From a virus, in IMG/VR virus record IMGVR_UViG_3300031521_000049, positions 2,834-66,833 of that record: a stretch of DNA of 64,000 bases; one strand, given 5' to 3'. The stretch's first letter is position 1; each line of letters starts with the position of its first letter. The notes under the pieces were generated by a model, which searched no databases, had not been told where the DNA came from, and saw nothing but the letters and a program-made list of their open reading frames with translations. The position numbers and the translations under genes are program-made. Below, piece by piece: positions 9,644 through 19,166 of this stretch.

Positions 9644-10186
9644 TTATTTCATAAGAGTAGAATAATCAAAAGGTTTGGCGGTTATTCTGCTCAATATGTT
9701 TTGGGCGTAAATTCTTGAACTTAATTTTATATCTGAATATTTAGTTGTTCGATCAATATTTCCTGGACCCCAATTATAAGCGCAAAATGCCTCTTTCCAG
9801 TTTCCGTATTTCTTATGTAAAAACAAAACATAATTAAAACCAACTATACAATTCTTTTCTAAATCAAACCTATTATAATTTTTATATCCTCCAGGAAGAT
9901 ATCTATCTGCTAATTCTTTTTCACAAGATTCATTTATTTGTACTATTCCAAAAGAACAAAAATTATCTGTATTATTTTTACCGACAGCAAACGTATATGC
10001 TCTTGATTCTTCCCACGCAATTGATGCGCCCATACCTTTCGGTAAACCCTGCTTTATACCGATTAAATCAGCTGTTTTAAGGTTCTCAAGGCGCTCTTTG
10101 ATAGTTATAGAAGGATACGCGTTGACATTCAATAAAACGACCATAGAGTAAGTAAATATGAGCAAAACAGCCTTATTTTTTAACAC
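9644..10186 (-). CDS. Lytic transglycosylase (SLT domain) with N-terminal signal/anchor
   Basis: IAWEES (catalytic Glu), GIVQIN, AYNWGPGN motifs. Confidence 0.85.
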   Translation of the reverse strand: MLKNKAVLLIFTYSMVVLLNVNAYPSITIKERLENLKTADLIGIKQGLPKGMGASIAWEESRAYTFAVGKNNTDNFCSFGIVQINESCEKELADRYLPGGYKNYNRFDLEKNCIVGFNYVLFLHKKYGNWKEAFCAYNWGPGNIDRTTKYSDIKLSSRIYAQNILSRITAKPFDYSTLMK

Positions 10187-10583
10187 TCTTACTCCTTAAT
10201 TTAGCTAGTTTTAACTCATATTTATGTGTCAATCGAATAATATCATCTCTTGTATATTCGATCTTTGTATTAGCATCTTTTGATAAATTCCTCATAAATT
10301 CTAAACTATGATGCTCAAACATCCATAAAGCATATTCAGGTTCTTTCCCATGATGATGTTTAAAATGAACTGCATTGCCTTTATGATTTGCCATTGCATG
10401 AGCATTTCTTTCATCCCACCTTAAATACGGATTGCCTTTCTTTTCATAATAATGAGAACATTGAAGCCCGACCGCGTCGCCAGTTAAAATACATTTTTTA
10501 TCTTTTTCTTTTATATAAGTATTAAATAATTTATCGAGCTTTCCTCTTAGGCTTTTTATACTCGCGGTCCTTTTCTTTTTCAA
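10173..10583 (-). CDS. NinG/Rap-like recombination endonuclease
   Basis: KLDKLFNTYIK..D..CI..G...QCSHY....LRWDERNAH pattern. Confidence 0.75.
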   Translation of the reverse strand: MKKKRTASIKSLRGKLDKLFNTYIKEKDKKCILTGDAVGLQCSHYYEKKGNPYLRWDERNAHAMANHKGNAVHFKHHHGKEPEYALWMFEHHSLEFMRNLSKDANTKIEYTRDDIIRLTHKYELKLAKLRSKSVKK

Positions 10584-10764
10584 TTCTTGATTCCTCTCTT
10601 AATAACAAAATCTTTTTACATTTTTTAGCACTCTCAAGAAGTTCAATTTGTTCAGGATCTTCTGATCTTTCAACAACTAATTTTGCAATCAAATCTTCAA
10701 CTGCTAATATTACTGTATCCCAATCATATAGATCAAGTTTCTTTTTGTCATATTCTCTTTTCAT
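10531..10764 (-). CDS. Hypothetical protein
   Basis: ORF in leftward operon, coupled to neighbours. Confidence 0.5.
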   Translation of the reverse strand: MKREYDKKKLDLYDWDTVILAVEDLIAKLVVERSEDPEQIELLESAKKCKKILLLREESRIEKEKDREYKKPKRKAR

Positions 10765-10960
10765 TTATTGCCTTTTATTATTTCTGTATTAATAAGCTCA
10801 AGACTCATTGCAATAAAATAATTAAAAATAGCATCACTATAATTTTTCTTTATAATTTGAATACAAGAAATCATAGACATATTTTCTTTTTTCATAAAAT
10901 TATAATCGCACCATACATTATAAATATCTTTTAAATCAATATTAAATTCATTTCTAATAC

Positions 10961-12214
10961 TTACTGATATTTTGGTGGCCTGTTGCTTGCTATACTTTTT
11001 TCTATCATCTCCCATTTTTCTACCGTCCTTTGTGTTAATTCTTTTTGTAGGCTGTTAGTTTCTATATAAGCAACAAGGTCATCCCTTTTCATCTTACTTG
11101 AAAATTGCATATTGAGTTTCTTCAATAATGCTTTTTGTTTATCTTCATTAATCCATTCCATAAACTCATCATGCTTTATTTTAGGAAAAACATTCTTTCT
11201 ATAATATACTTCTTTTTTGTTTTCTTGTAAAAACTCTTTTATATCTGTTATTGAAACATCAGTCGCTTCACTCCAACAAGCAAGTTTTTCTTTCTGTAAT
11301 TGTCCTGAAGGTGTTCTAAGATCAAAAAGAAAATCGATGTTCGTAGAAATGTTATCAAGTCCATAATCAAAGTAAATAGTCAAATATCCTTCTCGATATG
11401 GGCGAGGTGTTTTTGATTTATTGTTCTTTGCTTTTACTGTAACGCCAACAGCTCGATCTTTTCTTTTTATTTTGTTAATATTAGCAAGCCAAAGTACTGT
11501 ATGACAATAAAAATCAAGCGCTTTTCCTCCAGCTCTTGTATATTTTTCAAAACTCATTGGATCTATATTAGTACGAACCTGTGAAATAATAATAAGTAAT
11601 CCATTTTTATTTTCAATAACATCTGCAAGTTGAGGAAAGAAAGTATCAGATAAATACTTTGCTTTTCCCATTTTATAAGAGCCTTTTTCTTTTTCGTCTT
11701 TTTTACTTACAAATGTTTTATATTGTTCATCAGCAAGCAACTTCATTTGTTTAGATGACAATCCATCCATAGAATCGATTACATATATTCCAAATTCATC
11801 ATCTTCAAGACTTTCAAAGAATTTACGGACATTACAATAAGCAGATTCTACAGTATCGGATTTTACTCGATCATTTTTATCAATAGGCATAATTTCAAAA
11901 CCATACAATCTTTTTGTATCGAAAGAAAATCCAGATTCAGAATCATCATAAATCCATTTTAATTTATTTTTATATAGTTGTTTTGCCGCTGCTATTACTT
12001 CGAGCGCAAGGAATGTCTTGCCTGAACTTTTGTCGCCAACAAAATTAACAATACGGCCAATAGGAAAACCTTTTGATTCGCCTCCTCCAACTAATTCATC
12101 AAGTAAATCAGATCCAGTTGGAAAACTATTTGGGTTTATCTTTTTCTTTTTTGGGTTTAAGATTGCTTTTTCTATGTTCTCTAAAGATTTTTTTGATATC
12201 TTCTTTCCTTGCAT
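10961..12214 (-). CDS. recA: RecA/UvsX-like recombinase
   Basis: Walker A GDKSSGKT, Walker B YVIDS, ISQVR and GGKALDFY motifs; start re-set to MQGKK after GGAG. Confidence 0.9.
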   Translation of the reverse strand: MQGKKISKKSLENIEKAILNPKKKKINPNSFPTGSDLLDELVGGGESKGFPIGRIVNFVGDKSSGKTFLALEVIAAAKQLYKNKLKWIYDDSESGFSFDTKRLYGFEIMPIDKNDRVKSDTVESAYCNVRKFFESLEDDEFGIYVIDSMDGLSSKQMKLLADEQYKTFVSKKDEKEKGSYKMGKAKYLSDTFFPQLADVIENKNGLLIIISQVRTNIDPMSFEKYTRAGGKALDFYCHTVLWLANINKIKRKDRAVGVTVKAKNNKSKTPRPYREGYLTIYFDYGLDNISTNIDFLFDLRTPSGQLQKEKLACWSEATDVSITDIKEFLQENKKEVYYRKNVFPKIKHDEFMEWINEDKQKALLKKLNMQFSSKMKRDDLVAYIETNSLQKELTQRTVEKWEMIEKSIASNRPPKYQ

Positions 12215-12560
12215 ATCGTTTTTTCTCCCTTCCGTAAATTCTGAATTCAATATTGCTGTTATTTAAAACCCTATAATATTCACTTTCATTTTTTGCTAGT
12301 TTACTCATTGATGAAACTGCAATAAAACCCCAAGGAACTCTTTCTCGACTATCTAATATATGAATTAACAAATGCTCTTTATCAATTATAATGTGATTCT
12401 TTTGGGTTTTAATTACCCAACCTTCTTTCTTTCCAATATATATTAAACCTTGTTTCGTTATTTTATATTTATTTTCATTACAAAAGGCAAGAGCCTCGTT
12501 GATAGAGATATATGAATTATCTCCGAGGCTCTTGCCAAAACTATTTTTAAATAATCCCAC
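12126..12560 (-). CDS. Hypothetical, possible DNA-binding protein
   Basis: Basic 144-aa ORF, GTG start; 3' end overlaps recA start. Confidence 0.5.
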   Translation of the reverse strand: MGLFKNSFGKSLGDNSYISINEALAFCNENKYKITKQGLIYIGKKEGWVIKTQKNHIIIDKEHLLIHILDSRERVPWGFIAVSSMSKLAKNESEYYRVLNNSNIEFRIYGREKKRYARKEDIKKIFREHRKSNLKPKKEKDKPK

Positions 12561-12571
12561 TCAACTTTCCT

Positions 12572-12780
12572 TTTACTTTACGCCTGATGCTTCCGATAGG
12601 CTATAGTTGCTTTATCAAGAGCTTGCAATACTTCAGATGGATTTTGTCCTTCTGAAACAGTAGCAACAAATTCAATGTCTTCGGTTTCATAATTACCTAA
12701 ATTGAATTTGCGCCTGAACGTAACTTCTTTAATATGAATTTGCGCCTATTTAATTGCCATTTACTTTACGCCTGACGCTT
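12572..12780. repeat. 21-bp direct repeat pair flanking the small ORF
   Basis: TTTACTTTACGCCTGA[T/C]GCTT at 12572-12592 and 12760-12780. Confidence 0.85.
12578..12760 (-). pseudogene. Small phage ORF (IKEVTFRRKFNLGNYE type) interrupted by in-frame TAG at codon 5
   Basis: ATG GCA ATT AAA TAG GCG CAA... then open to TAA; not in ORF track. Confidence 0.5.
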
Positions 12781-13969
12781 TTTTGGCTGCTTTGCATTCT
12801 TTCCAGGCTTTGCAGTCGTCACATTCTTCTTCGTTGTCGAGGTCTTTACCGAACTTGTGTCCGTGAGGGCATTTGCTTTTGCCGACATTGGCAACTTCTT
12901 TTGTTTTGGAAGTTCCTTTTGACTTGGCTTTGCTTTTTGCTGGCGGTTCATCCTCTTCTGATTCTTCTTCATCATCGTCTGAATCGGAGTCGTCAGAATC
13001 GTCATCATCCTCTTCCTCGTCGCTATCATCATCGTCGTCATCGTCATCATCAGACTTATGAGAAGATTTAGCAGGCTTTTTAGCGCTCTTGCTCCGAGCC
13101 TTTGAAGAAGTATCTTCATCTTCATCTTCATCGTCTGACTCTTCGTCATCTGAATCTTCATCCTCGTCATCATCTCCTTTGTCATCATCGCCATAAAAAA
13201 TCTTTTCAATTTCTTCGTTTGATGGGACTTTTACAATTTCGTCAAATGAAACTGCCGCTTCGATTATTTCAGAATCAAGTTCTTCGGGACGATCAACAAA
13301 TTGAAAGCCTTTGAATTCTGTAAACTTTGAAGGCGCTTGACCTTCACCAAATGACTTGCTAACTTTTTCGGCTCTGAAATTAATTGCTTTTCCGTCTTCA
13401 GGATCGGTAAAGTCAATAAAATCATCGCCATCAGCTTGTCCACGTGCCTCTTCGATCAATTCTTTTTCAAACAGAAAATGAGATACTTCAAAAACCTGAA
13501 TTCCATTTTCTGGGTGACCATGATCAAAAATATTATATGCTGTTCTTCGGCTAGGCTTCAAAGCATAAGCTTGATCTTTCTTTCCGGCCTTTTTAAGTTC
13601 CTCGGCCTTGTTGCAAATTTCGCAGGGCTTATTAAAAGTATTTTTCATACAAATAATATCAGCCTTAGTGATCGGACTTGTGTGCTTATAATAATCAAAC
13701 ACATAACTAAGATCACCAATCTTTGCATCACCAGACCGAACCAAAGGATCATTTTTTGTCTTTACTGTATATGGAACAATACTGACAATATTTTTCCCTT
13801 TATTCTTTTGACCATCAGCAAGATTCGGAGAAAAGAATTTAACATCAGGAACTTTCTTGTAATCAAAAACACCGACTCGATTTCCACCGCCCTTGTCTTT
13901 GTTCTTGTAGGAATTATTCAGGCGGTCTTTAAGGCTGTTGCTTTTCTTTCCTTTCTTTTTAATACTCAT
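12761..13969 (-). CDS. gp32-like single-stranded DNA-binding protein with long acidic tail
   Basis: H..C....C..C zinc motif (KH...IC..NTFNKPCEIC), DFTDPEDG motif, D/E-rich tail, terminal CPHGH..C..C....C. Confidence 0.7.
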   Translation of the reverse strand: MSIKKKGKKSNSLKDRLNNSYKNKDKGGGNRVGVFDYKKVPDVKFFSPNLADGQKNKGKNIVSIVPYTVKTKNDPLVRSGDAKIGDLSYVFDYYKHTSPITKADIICMKNTFNKPCEICNKAEELKKAGKKDQAYALKPSRRTAYNIFDHGHPENGIQVFEVSHFLFEKELIEEARGQADGDDFIDFTDPEDGKAINFRAEKVSKSFGEGQAPSKFTEFKGFQFVDRPEELDSEIIEAAVSFDEIVKVPSNEEIEKIFYGDDDKGDDDEDEDSDDEESDDEDEDEDTSSKARSKSAKKPAKSSHKSDDDDDDDDDSDEEEDDDDSDDSDSDDDEEESEEDEPPAKSKAKSKGTSKTKEVANVGKSKCPHGHKFGKDLDNEEECDDCKAWKECKAAKKASGVK

Positions 13970-14139
13970 TTTACTCCTTCGACTTCTTTTTCAAGATTTT
14001 CTTTTTCAACAACTTCTAAATAATTTTTAAGGCTGTTATTTTCTTTTAGAAGTTGTTGATTTTCTTGCTCTAACAAAGCAAGCTCTTTTGCTTGATCGAT
14101 TATTTTTTTTATTAAACGATCAAAATCTTTTGAATTCAT
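13966..14139 (-). CDS. Small coiled-coil protein (57 aa)
   Basis: MNSKDFDRLIKKIIDQAKELALLEQENQQLLKEN...; start and stop overlap both neighbours. Confidence 0.6.
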   Translation of the reverse strand: MNSKDFDRLIKKIIDQAKELALLEQENQQLLKENNSLKNYLEVVEKENLEKEVEGVK

Positions 14140-14615
14140 TAATCTTTTTTCTTTTTCTTGTTTAGCTTTGTTCGTTCTTCACGCTGAGCAGCTTCGTTTG
14201 CACCTTCACGCTTTCCGCCATTCGGTGCAGAATAAAAACCACCAATAAGAAGTCCAGTAAGATTTTTAAGCTCATCACGGCGATGTTCAAAAGCTGATAC
14301 TGCTGCTGAAAGCGTATTGACTTCACGCTGGTAATCTGCAAGATTTTTCTTTGCCATAAGAACTTGATTGTTGCTTTCAACAACTGCCTTGATAGAATTC
14401 TCAGTTTGTTTTCCCCAAGATTCATTCCAATTGTTTCTAGTTGAAAGATCACGACCAGAAACAATAAGTTTCAAAGCATCATCGGCTTCATTAAGAGCTG
14501 ACTTTGCATCAGCATTTTTTGTTGCCCAATACAAATAAGTGCTTGCTTGTTTTTCACATTCGTCTTCAAGCTTATACTTATTTATTTTGATTTCTTCTTC
14601 AAAACTTCTTTCCAT
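14139..14615 (-). CDS. UvsY-like recombination mediator
   Basis: All-helical 158 aa (EEEIKINKYKLEDECEKQASTYLYWA) in the SSB/recA neighbourhood. Confidence 0.55.
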   Translation of the reverse strand: MERSFEEEIKINKYKLEDECEKQASTYLYWATKNADAKSALNEADDALKLIVSGRDLSTRNNWNESWGKQTENSIKAVVESNNQVLMAKKNLADYQREVNTLSAAVSAFEHRRDELKNLTGLLIGGFYSAPNGGKREGANEAAQREERTKLNKKKKKD

Positions 14616-15085
14616 TACTCATCCTCGTCATCATCGTCGTCATCATCGTCATCGTCATCATCGGAATCATCATCGTCATCCGAATCATCTTCCTCTTCCT
14701 CGTCCTCTTCGTCATCATCTTCAATGACTTTCTTGGCGGGCTTTTTTGCAGGAGCTTTCTTTGTTGTTTTCTTTACGGGTTTTTCGTCCTCTTCTTCGTC
14801 CTCGTCGTCATCGTCTTCAACAACTTTTTTTGCTGCAACTTTCTTTACTTCTTTCTCGACTTTGGCTTTCTTGGCAGGAACTTTTTCTTTCTTTGCAGGT
14901 GCTTCTTCCTTCTCGATTTTTGCCGGAGCCTTAACACTTACACCAAGAGCCTTCAAAATCTTGTTGGTCTTTACTTCATTAAAATCGGCGTCCTTCTCGA
15001 ACGTGATTCCAAGTTCCTTCAGAGCCTTCTTTACTTTTGCTTCAGGCAATTTGCTCTGCTTTACGATCTGATTAAAACTGGCCAT
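14615..15085 (-). CDS. Lys/Ala-rich protein with acidic tracts (histone-like or DNA mimic)
   Basis: PAKK repeats alternating with poly-D/E; strong AAGGAG RBS. Confidence 0.6.
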   Translation of the reverse strand: MASFNQIVKQSKLPEAKVKKALKELGITFEKDADFNEVKTNKILKALGVSVKAPAKIEKEEAPAKKEKVPAKKAKVEKEVKKVAAKKVVEDDDDEDEEEDEKPVKKTTKKAPAKKPAKKVIEDDDEEDEEEEDDSDDDDDSDDDDDDDDDDDDEDE

Positions 15086-15128
15086 TCTTCATTCTCCTTA
15101 AAAATTATATAATAAACCCAATACGGGA

Positions 15129-15398
15129 TTATTCTTTATTATTGTACCACTCCAAAACATCAATGTTAGTGAATTGAATGTCTGTTGAACAAATTTCTTT
15201 CTTGTTATGATAAGTATTTATATAAACAACCAATTCTTCATATATTTCGTTTTCTCTTGTTATTCCAAGAGACTCGATTATATATGCAGGTGAGTGATGT
15301 TCCCAAGAAACAATTTCAATTTCATTCCAAAATTTCCTTACTGCTTTTGCTTTTAAACTTTTTAGAAGTTTTTGTTTGTCTGTATAAACTCTTTTCAT
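15129..15398 (-). CDS. Hypothetical protein
   Basis: AAGGAG RBS and own promoter motif upstream. Confidence 0.6.
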   Translation of the reverse strand: MKRVYTDKQKLLKSLKAKAVRKFWNEIEIVSWEHHSPAYIIESLGITRENEIYEELVVYINTYHNKKEICSTDIQFTNIDVLEWYNNKE

Positions 15399-15414
15399 TA
15401 TAAGCTCCTTTCTA

Positions 15415-15431
15415 ATATATTATAGGATATC
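15415..15431 (-). promoter_or_regulatory. Phage promoter motif GATATCCTATAATATAT (copy 1)
   Basis: Perfect copy upstream of 15398 start. Confidence 0.8.
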
Positions 15432-15434
15432 GAA

Positions 15435-16367
15435 TCAAGAAATTACGTTAATGCAGGCTAAAGTTATTCCAAATTTGCCTGTATTATATGTTGGTTCGGA
15501 AAAAGATTCGAGCATCAAAGCAGCTCTTGAACTCATTCTACCGTTCAATAAAACAGCATTTGCATAACCTAAAATCATATACCTAATACTTTCGCTGTCA
15601 TCAAGTTTGTTTGCTTCTTTTAATTTCTTTAATATTTTTGCAATTGTTGACCAGTCGCTTTTATCATTAAGAAGTGTTCGGCATAATTCAATAGTATCTG
15701 GATCGTCCTCAGATCCTTTTGAATCAAGAATGATTTTGATATCTTTTTTTGTTTCGGCATTTGCAATTTGTTCAAGCATAACCAAAGCATTGCGCGAACT
15801 TCCTTCTGATCGTTCTGCAATTTCTGTAATAATATCTTTTTCGATATCAAGTTTTTCAAGTTTAATTACTCGTTTCAAAACTAAAGATATTTGCTCTTCA
15901 GTCAATGGAGTTGTTTTGATTTCCGTACACCGTGACTTGATTGCTTTGATAAGTTTATTCGGCTCGGTAGTACACAAGAAAAAATAAACGTGTTCAGGAG
16001 TATCTTCCAAAACTTTAAGCATAGCATTTTGCCAGTCTGATGTTGCGCGGTGTACCTCATCAATTATATAAACTATTGCCTCTCCATCCATAGCCATCAT
16101 TTTAGATTGATTAATAATTTCACGAGCAGTATCAATTCCTCGATTACTTGAACTGTTTATTTCTCGTATATCTAATTCTGATGCCCCAATCATACTTGCC
16201 GCGATTCTTGCAAATGTTGTTTTTCCAGTTCCAGGTGGTCCAGACAAAATATAAGCGTGAGAATGTTTTTTCTTTGTTAATGATTTTTTGAATGAATTAA
16301 TTGCCGCTTCATTACCAATCATATCGTCAAAAGAATCTGGTCTGTAACTTTGATAAAATGAACTCAT
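15435..16367 (-). CDS. dnaX: DNA polymerase III gamma/tau-like clamp loader
   Basis: YRP..F..MIG, Walker A GPPGTGKTT, IIDEVH, SRC motif. Confidence 0.9.
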   Translation of the reverse strand: MSSFYQSYRPDSFDDMIGNEAAINSFKKSLTKKKHSHAYILSGPPGTGKTTFARIAASMIGASELDIREINSSSNRGIDTAREIINQSKMMAMDGEAIVYIIDEVHRATSDWQNAMLKVLEDTPEHVYFFLCTTEPNKLIKAIKSRCTEIKTTPLTEEQISLVLKRVIKLEKLDIEKDIITEIAERSEGSSRNALVMLEQIANAETKKDIKIILDSKGSEDDPDTIELCRTLLNDKSDWSTIAKILKKLKEANKLDDSESIRYMILGYANAVLLNGRMSSRAALMLESFSEPTYNTGKFGITLACINVIS

Positions 16368-16383
16368 TTGTTTCTCCTTACAT

Positions 16384-16400
16384 ATATATTATAGGATATC
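16384..16400 (-). promoter_or_regulatory. Phage promoter motif (copy 2)
   Basis: Perfect copy upstream of dnaX. Confidence 0.8.
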
Positions 16401-16415
16401 TATTGCGTTTTTTGC

Positions 16416-19160
16416 TTAATACCTATAACTATTGTCGATTCTGAACTTAAAATCAAAATACTTTTCTATCTTCTTTGACCCTTCAGGAGTTATTTTAATA
16501 TCTTTTTTTGCTCCTATTTCATCAAGTATATCATCGATTTTATTTCCTTTCTTTTTGATATCTGAAAAATCATCTTCCTCATCAAAAAAACCAACATTAT
16601 TTTTCTTTGTATTTTTCTTTCCTGCTATCTCTTTTGCTTTTCCTTCACCTATTCCTTTAATCTCGATAAATGGACAATACATAATATTATTTTTTACTAT
16701 CCATCGAATTGCATCTGACTTTCCAATCTTAGGTGGTCGAACATCAAGATCCATTTTAATAGCATATTCGATCAATTCTTTTTTATTATTTTCAGATCCA
16801 TAAGTTAAAGACGCACAAACAAATTCTTGAGGATAATAATATTTAATAACCATTTGCCAATATGCCATTACAGAATAAGCCAAACTGTGGGATTTGTTGA
16901 AGGAGTATTTACCGAACGTAGCCAAGTTATCCCATAATTCCAAGGCGTCTTTTTTATTAAGAGTTTTATTTTTTACGCAACCTTCAGCAAATATTTCACT
17001 GAACTTCATAAACTCCTCTGATCCTTTACTCTTCGCAACAACCTTACGAACCTTATCGGCTATCTTCCAATCGAGACCAGCCAATTGATTTACTATCTGC
17101 ATCAACTGTTCTTGATAAATAATAACGCCATTTGTTTCTTTCGTTATTTTATTTATGATTTCATGTTGTTTCTTTGTTTTCTTTTCTCCGTTTCTAATTG
17201 CAACAAAATCATCTTTAATTCCTGATTGCAAAGGACCAGGACGAAATAAAGCATTGGCACTTGATAATGCTTCGATAGAATCAATGTTCATTTCTTGACA
17301 AAGTTTTTTCATTCCATAAGTACAGAATTGAAAAATGCCAGTTGTATTTCCTTTTGCAAATTCTTTTAATACTTTTTTATCAGTAAATTCTATATCTTCA
17401 TATATAATTTCTGTTCCGGTATTTTCTTTTATAAGTTCTCTTGCATCATTCAAAACAGTCAAAGCATTAATACCTAATATATCAAGCTTCATTAATCCTT
17501 CATATTCAATATCAAATTTATCCCAATTTACAATTACATCTTTTTTAGATTTTCCGCCTAATTGTAAATAAACCTTATCACCATTTTTTAGATTATCAGA
17601 AGACAAAACAATTGCCGCAGCGTGTTGTCCTTTTCCTCGTACTTGGTTTTCAAGTCGTATTGCAATATCGGTAACTTCAGGATACTTCTTTTTGAATTTC
17701 TTTCCTTCGTCAAATTCCTTAAATGAACTTGCAATAATAGAACTTGAGTCTTCGTTCTCTTCTATAATTTTTGCAGCTTCATCAACATCGTCAAGAGGAA
17801 CATCGAAAACGCGCGCAACATCTCGAAGAGCGCAACGACCTTTCATAGTCATAAATGTACTGACGGTTGCAACATGATCTTCACCATATATTTCTTTGAA
17901 ATGTTCGATAATCATGTAGCGTTTATTATCTTGAAAATCGTTATCAATATCTGGCAAGTCAATACGATCAGGTGATATAAAGCGTGAGAACAATAAATTA
18001 AACTCAACTGGATCTATTTTCGTTATATTCAATAAATAACAAACTAATGAACCACCAGCAGATCCACGTCCAGGTCCAGTCATAATATTATTTTCTTTGC
18101 ACCATCCAATAATTTCTTCGACGATTAGAAAGTATTCACAAAATCCTTGTCTTTCAATTAATTCAAGCTCTTCTAATAATCTTTCTTCATATTTCTTTTT
18201 ATTTGGTTTTCTTTTTTCGTTATGCAATATTTTTTCTTTAAGTCCTTCAAAACATTTTTCAAATAACAATTCTTTTGCAGGCAACTTCCTTCTTTTTTGT
18301 TCTGGCGTTTTAGGTAATTGCACTTGGCGCTGAGGAATACGAAACTTTTTGCATTTATCAAATACCTCGTTTGTGTTTTCAAGATATTCTGCAATTTGTT
18401 TTTTATTGAATAATCCTTGTTTTTCAAATGCCAATGCCATTTCAGAATATGATTTTGCATAGAGTCCAGTTACAGAAAACTTCCATCGCTGAGGATCATC
18501 CCATTTTTTCTTTGATTGAATAGCAAGCAATACTTCTTGGGATTGGGCATCATCTTTACTTATATAATGACAATCATTTGTAGCAATAGTTTTTATATTA
18601 AGAAGTTGCGCATATTTTAAAGCAAGCTTATTTGTTTCAATTTGCTCAGGCATTTTAAAAGGCATAACTTCTGTATATAAATCATCGCCAATTTCTTCAT
18701 GCAGATTTTTTAATAATTTGATTCCCCATTTTTCATGTAAGAAAGAAGCAGTACAGGCGGTCGAAATAATTAGTCCTTCGCAATAAGACATTAAAGTTTC
18801 TGGATCTATTCGAGGGCGATAATATTGACCGTCTATATTCGCTATCGTCAACATCTTAAGCATGTTCGTCCAGCCGATTTCATTTTTAACAAGAGCAAGT
18901 AGGTGACTTCTTTTTTCGCCTTTTGTATGTTCTTTTATATTTTTAACTATATAAAATTCGCATCCGTGAATAGGAATTAATCCTTGTTTAATAAATTCGT
19001 TTTGAAATTTAATATTGCCATCTACATTTCCATGATTAGTAAGCGCCATTCCGGGTTGACCGATTTGTTTAATTCTTTTTGCATAATTCGCCGATGTTCC
19101 AAATCCATCAAGAACAGAGTATTCGTTATGACAATGCAGATGAACAAAATTATTTTCCAT
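16416..19160 (-). CDS. dnaE: DNA polymerase III alpha subunit (family C)
   Basis: PHP domain HLHCHNEYSVLDG, GPGRGSAGGS, PDIDND, KLDILG, YSFNKSHS. Confidence 0.97.
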   Translation of the reverse strand: MENNFVHLHCHNEYSVLDGFGTSANYAKRIKQIGQPGMALTNHGNVDGNIKFQNEFIKQGLIPIHGCEFYIVKNIKEHTKGEKRSHLLALVKNEIGWTNMLKMLTIANIDGQYYRPRIDPETLMSYCEGLIISTACTASFLHEKWGIKLLKNLHEEIGDDLYTEVMPFKMPEQIETNKLALKYAQLLNIKTIATNDCHYISKDDAQSQEVLLAIQSKKKWDDPQRWKFSVTGLYAKSYSEMALAFEKQGLFNKKQIAEYLENTNEVFDKCKKFRIPQRQVQLPKTPEQKRRKLPAKELLFEKCFEGLKEKILHNEKRKPNKKKYEERLLEELELIERQGFCEYFLIVEEIIGWCKENNIMTGPGRGSAGGSLVCYLLNITKIDPVEFNLLFSRFISPDRIDLPDIDNDFQDNKRYMIIEHFKEIYGEDHVATVSTFMTMKGRCALRDVARVFDVPLDDVDEAAKIIEENEDSSSIIASSFKEFDEGKKFKKKYPEVTDIAIRLENQVRGKGQHAAAIVLSSDNLKNGDKVYLQLGGKSKKDVIVNWDKFDIEYEGLMKLDILGINALTVLNDARELIKENTGTEIIYEDIEFTDKKVLKEFAKGNTTGIFQFCTYGMKKLCQEMNIDSIEALSSANALFRPGPLQSGIKDDFVAIRNGEKKTKKQHEIINKITKETNGVIIYQEQLMQIVNQLAGLDWKIADKVRKVVAKSKGSEEFMKFSEIFAEGCVKNKTLNKKDALELWDNLATFGKYSFNKSHSLAYSVMAYWQMVIKYYYPQEFVCASLTYGSENNKKELIEYAIKMDLDVRPPKIGKSDAIRWIVKNNIMYCPFIEIKGIGEGKAKEIAGKKNTKKNNVGFFDEEDDFSDIKKKGNKIDDILDEIGAKKDIKITPEGSKKIEKYFDFKFRIDNSYRY

Positions 19161-19166
19161 AAAAGA

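Noticed and set aside
12270-12281. Extra CCTATAATAT promoter-like match
   Set aside because: Inside a coding region, antisense to it, and lacking the GATAT extension; likely chance
12746-12748. Genome-wide TAG reassignment
   Set aside because: TAG ends normal genes (522, 7922, 50217) and long genes are intact in the standard code; only one in-frame TAG was noticed
12754-15071. Plus-strand poly-Ser/His ORFs and the alternate-frame Met/Thr-rich ORF 12766-13209
   Set aside because: Shadows of the GAT/GAC/GAA low-complexity acidic tracts in the real minus-strand genes
16416-19160. Intein or intron in dnaE, helicase or terminase
   Set aside because: Proteins are of normal or short length with contiguous motifs; no splice-junction motifs or homing endonuclease insert
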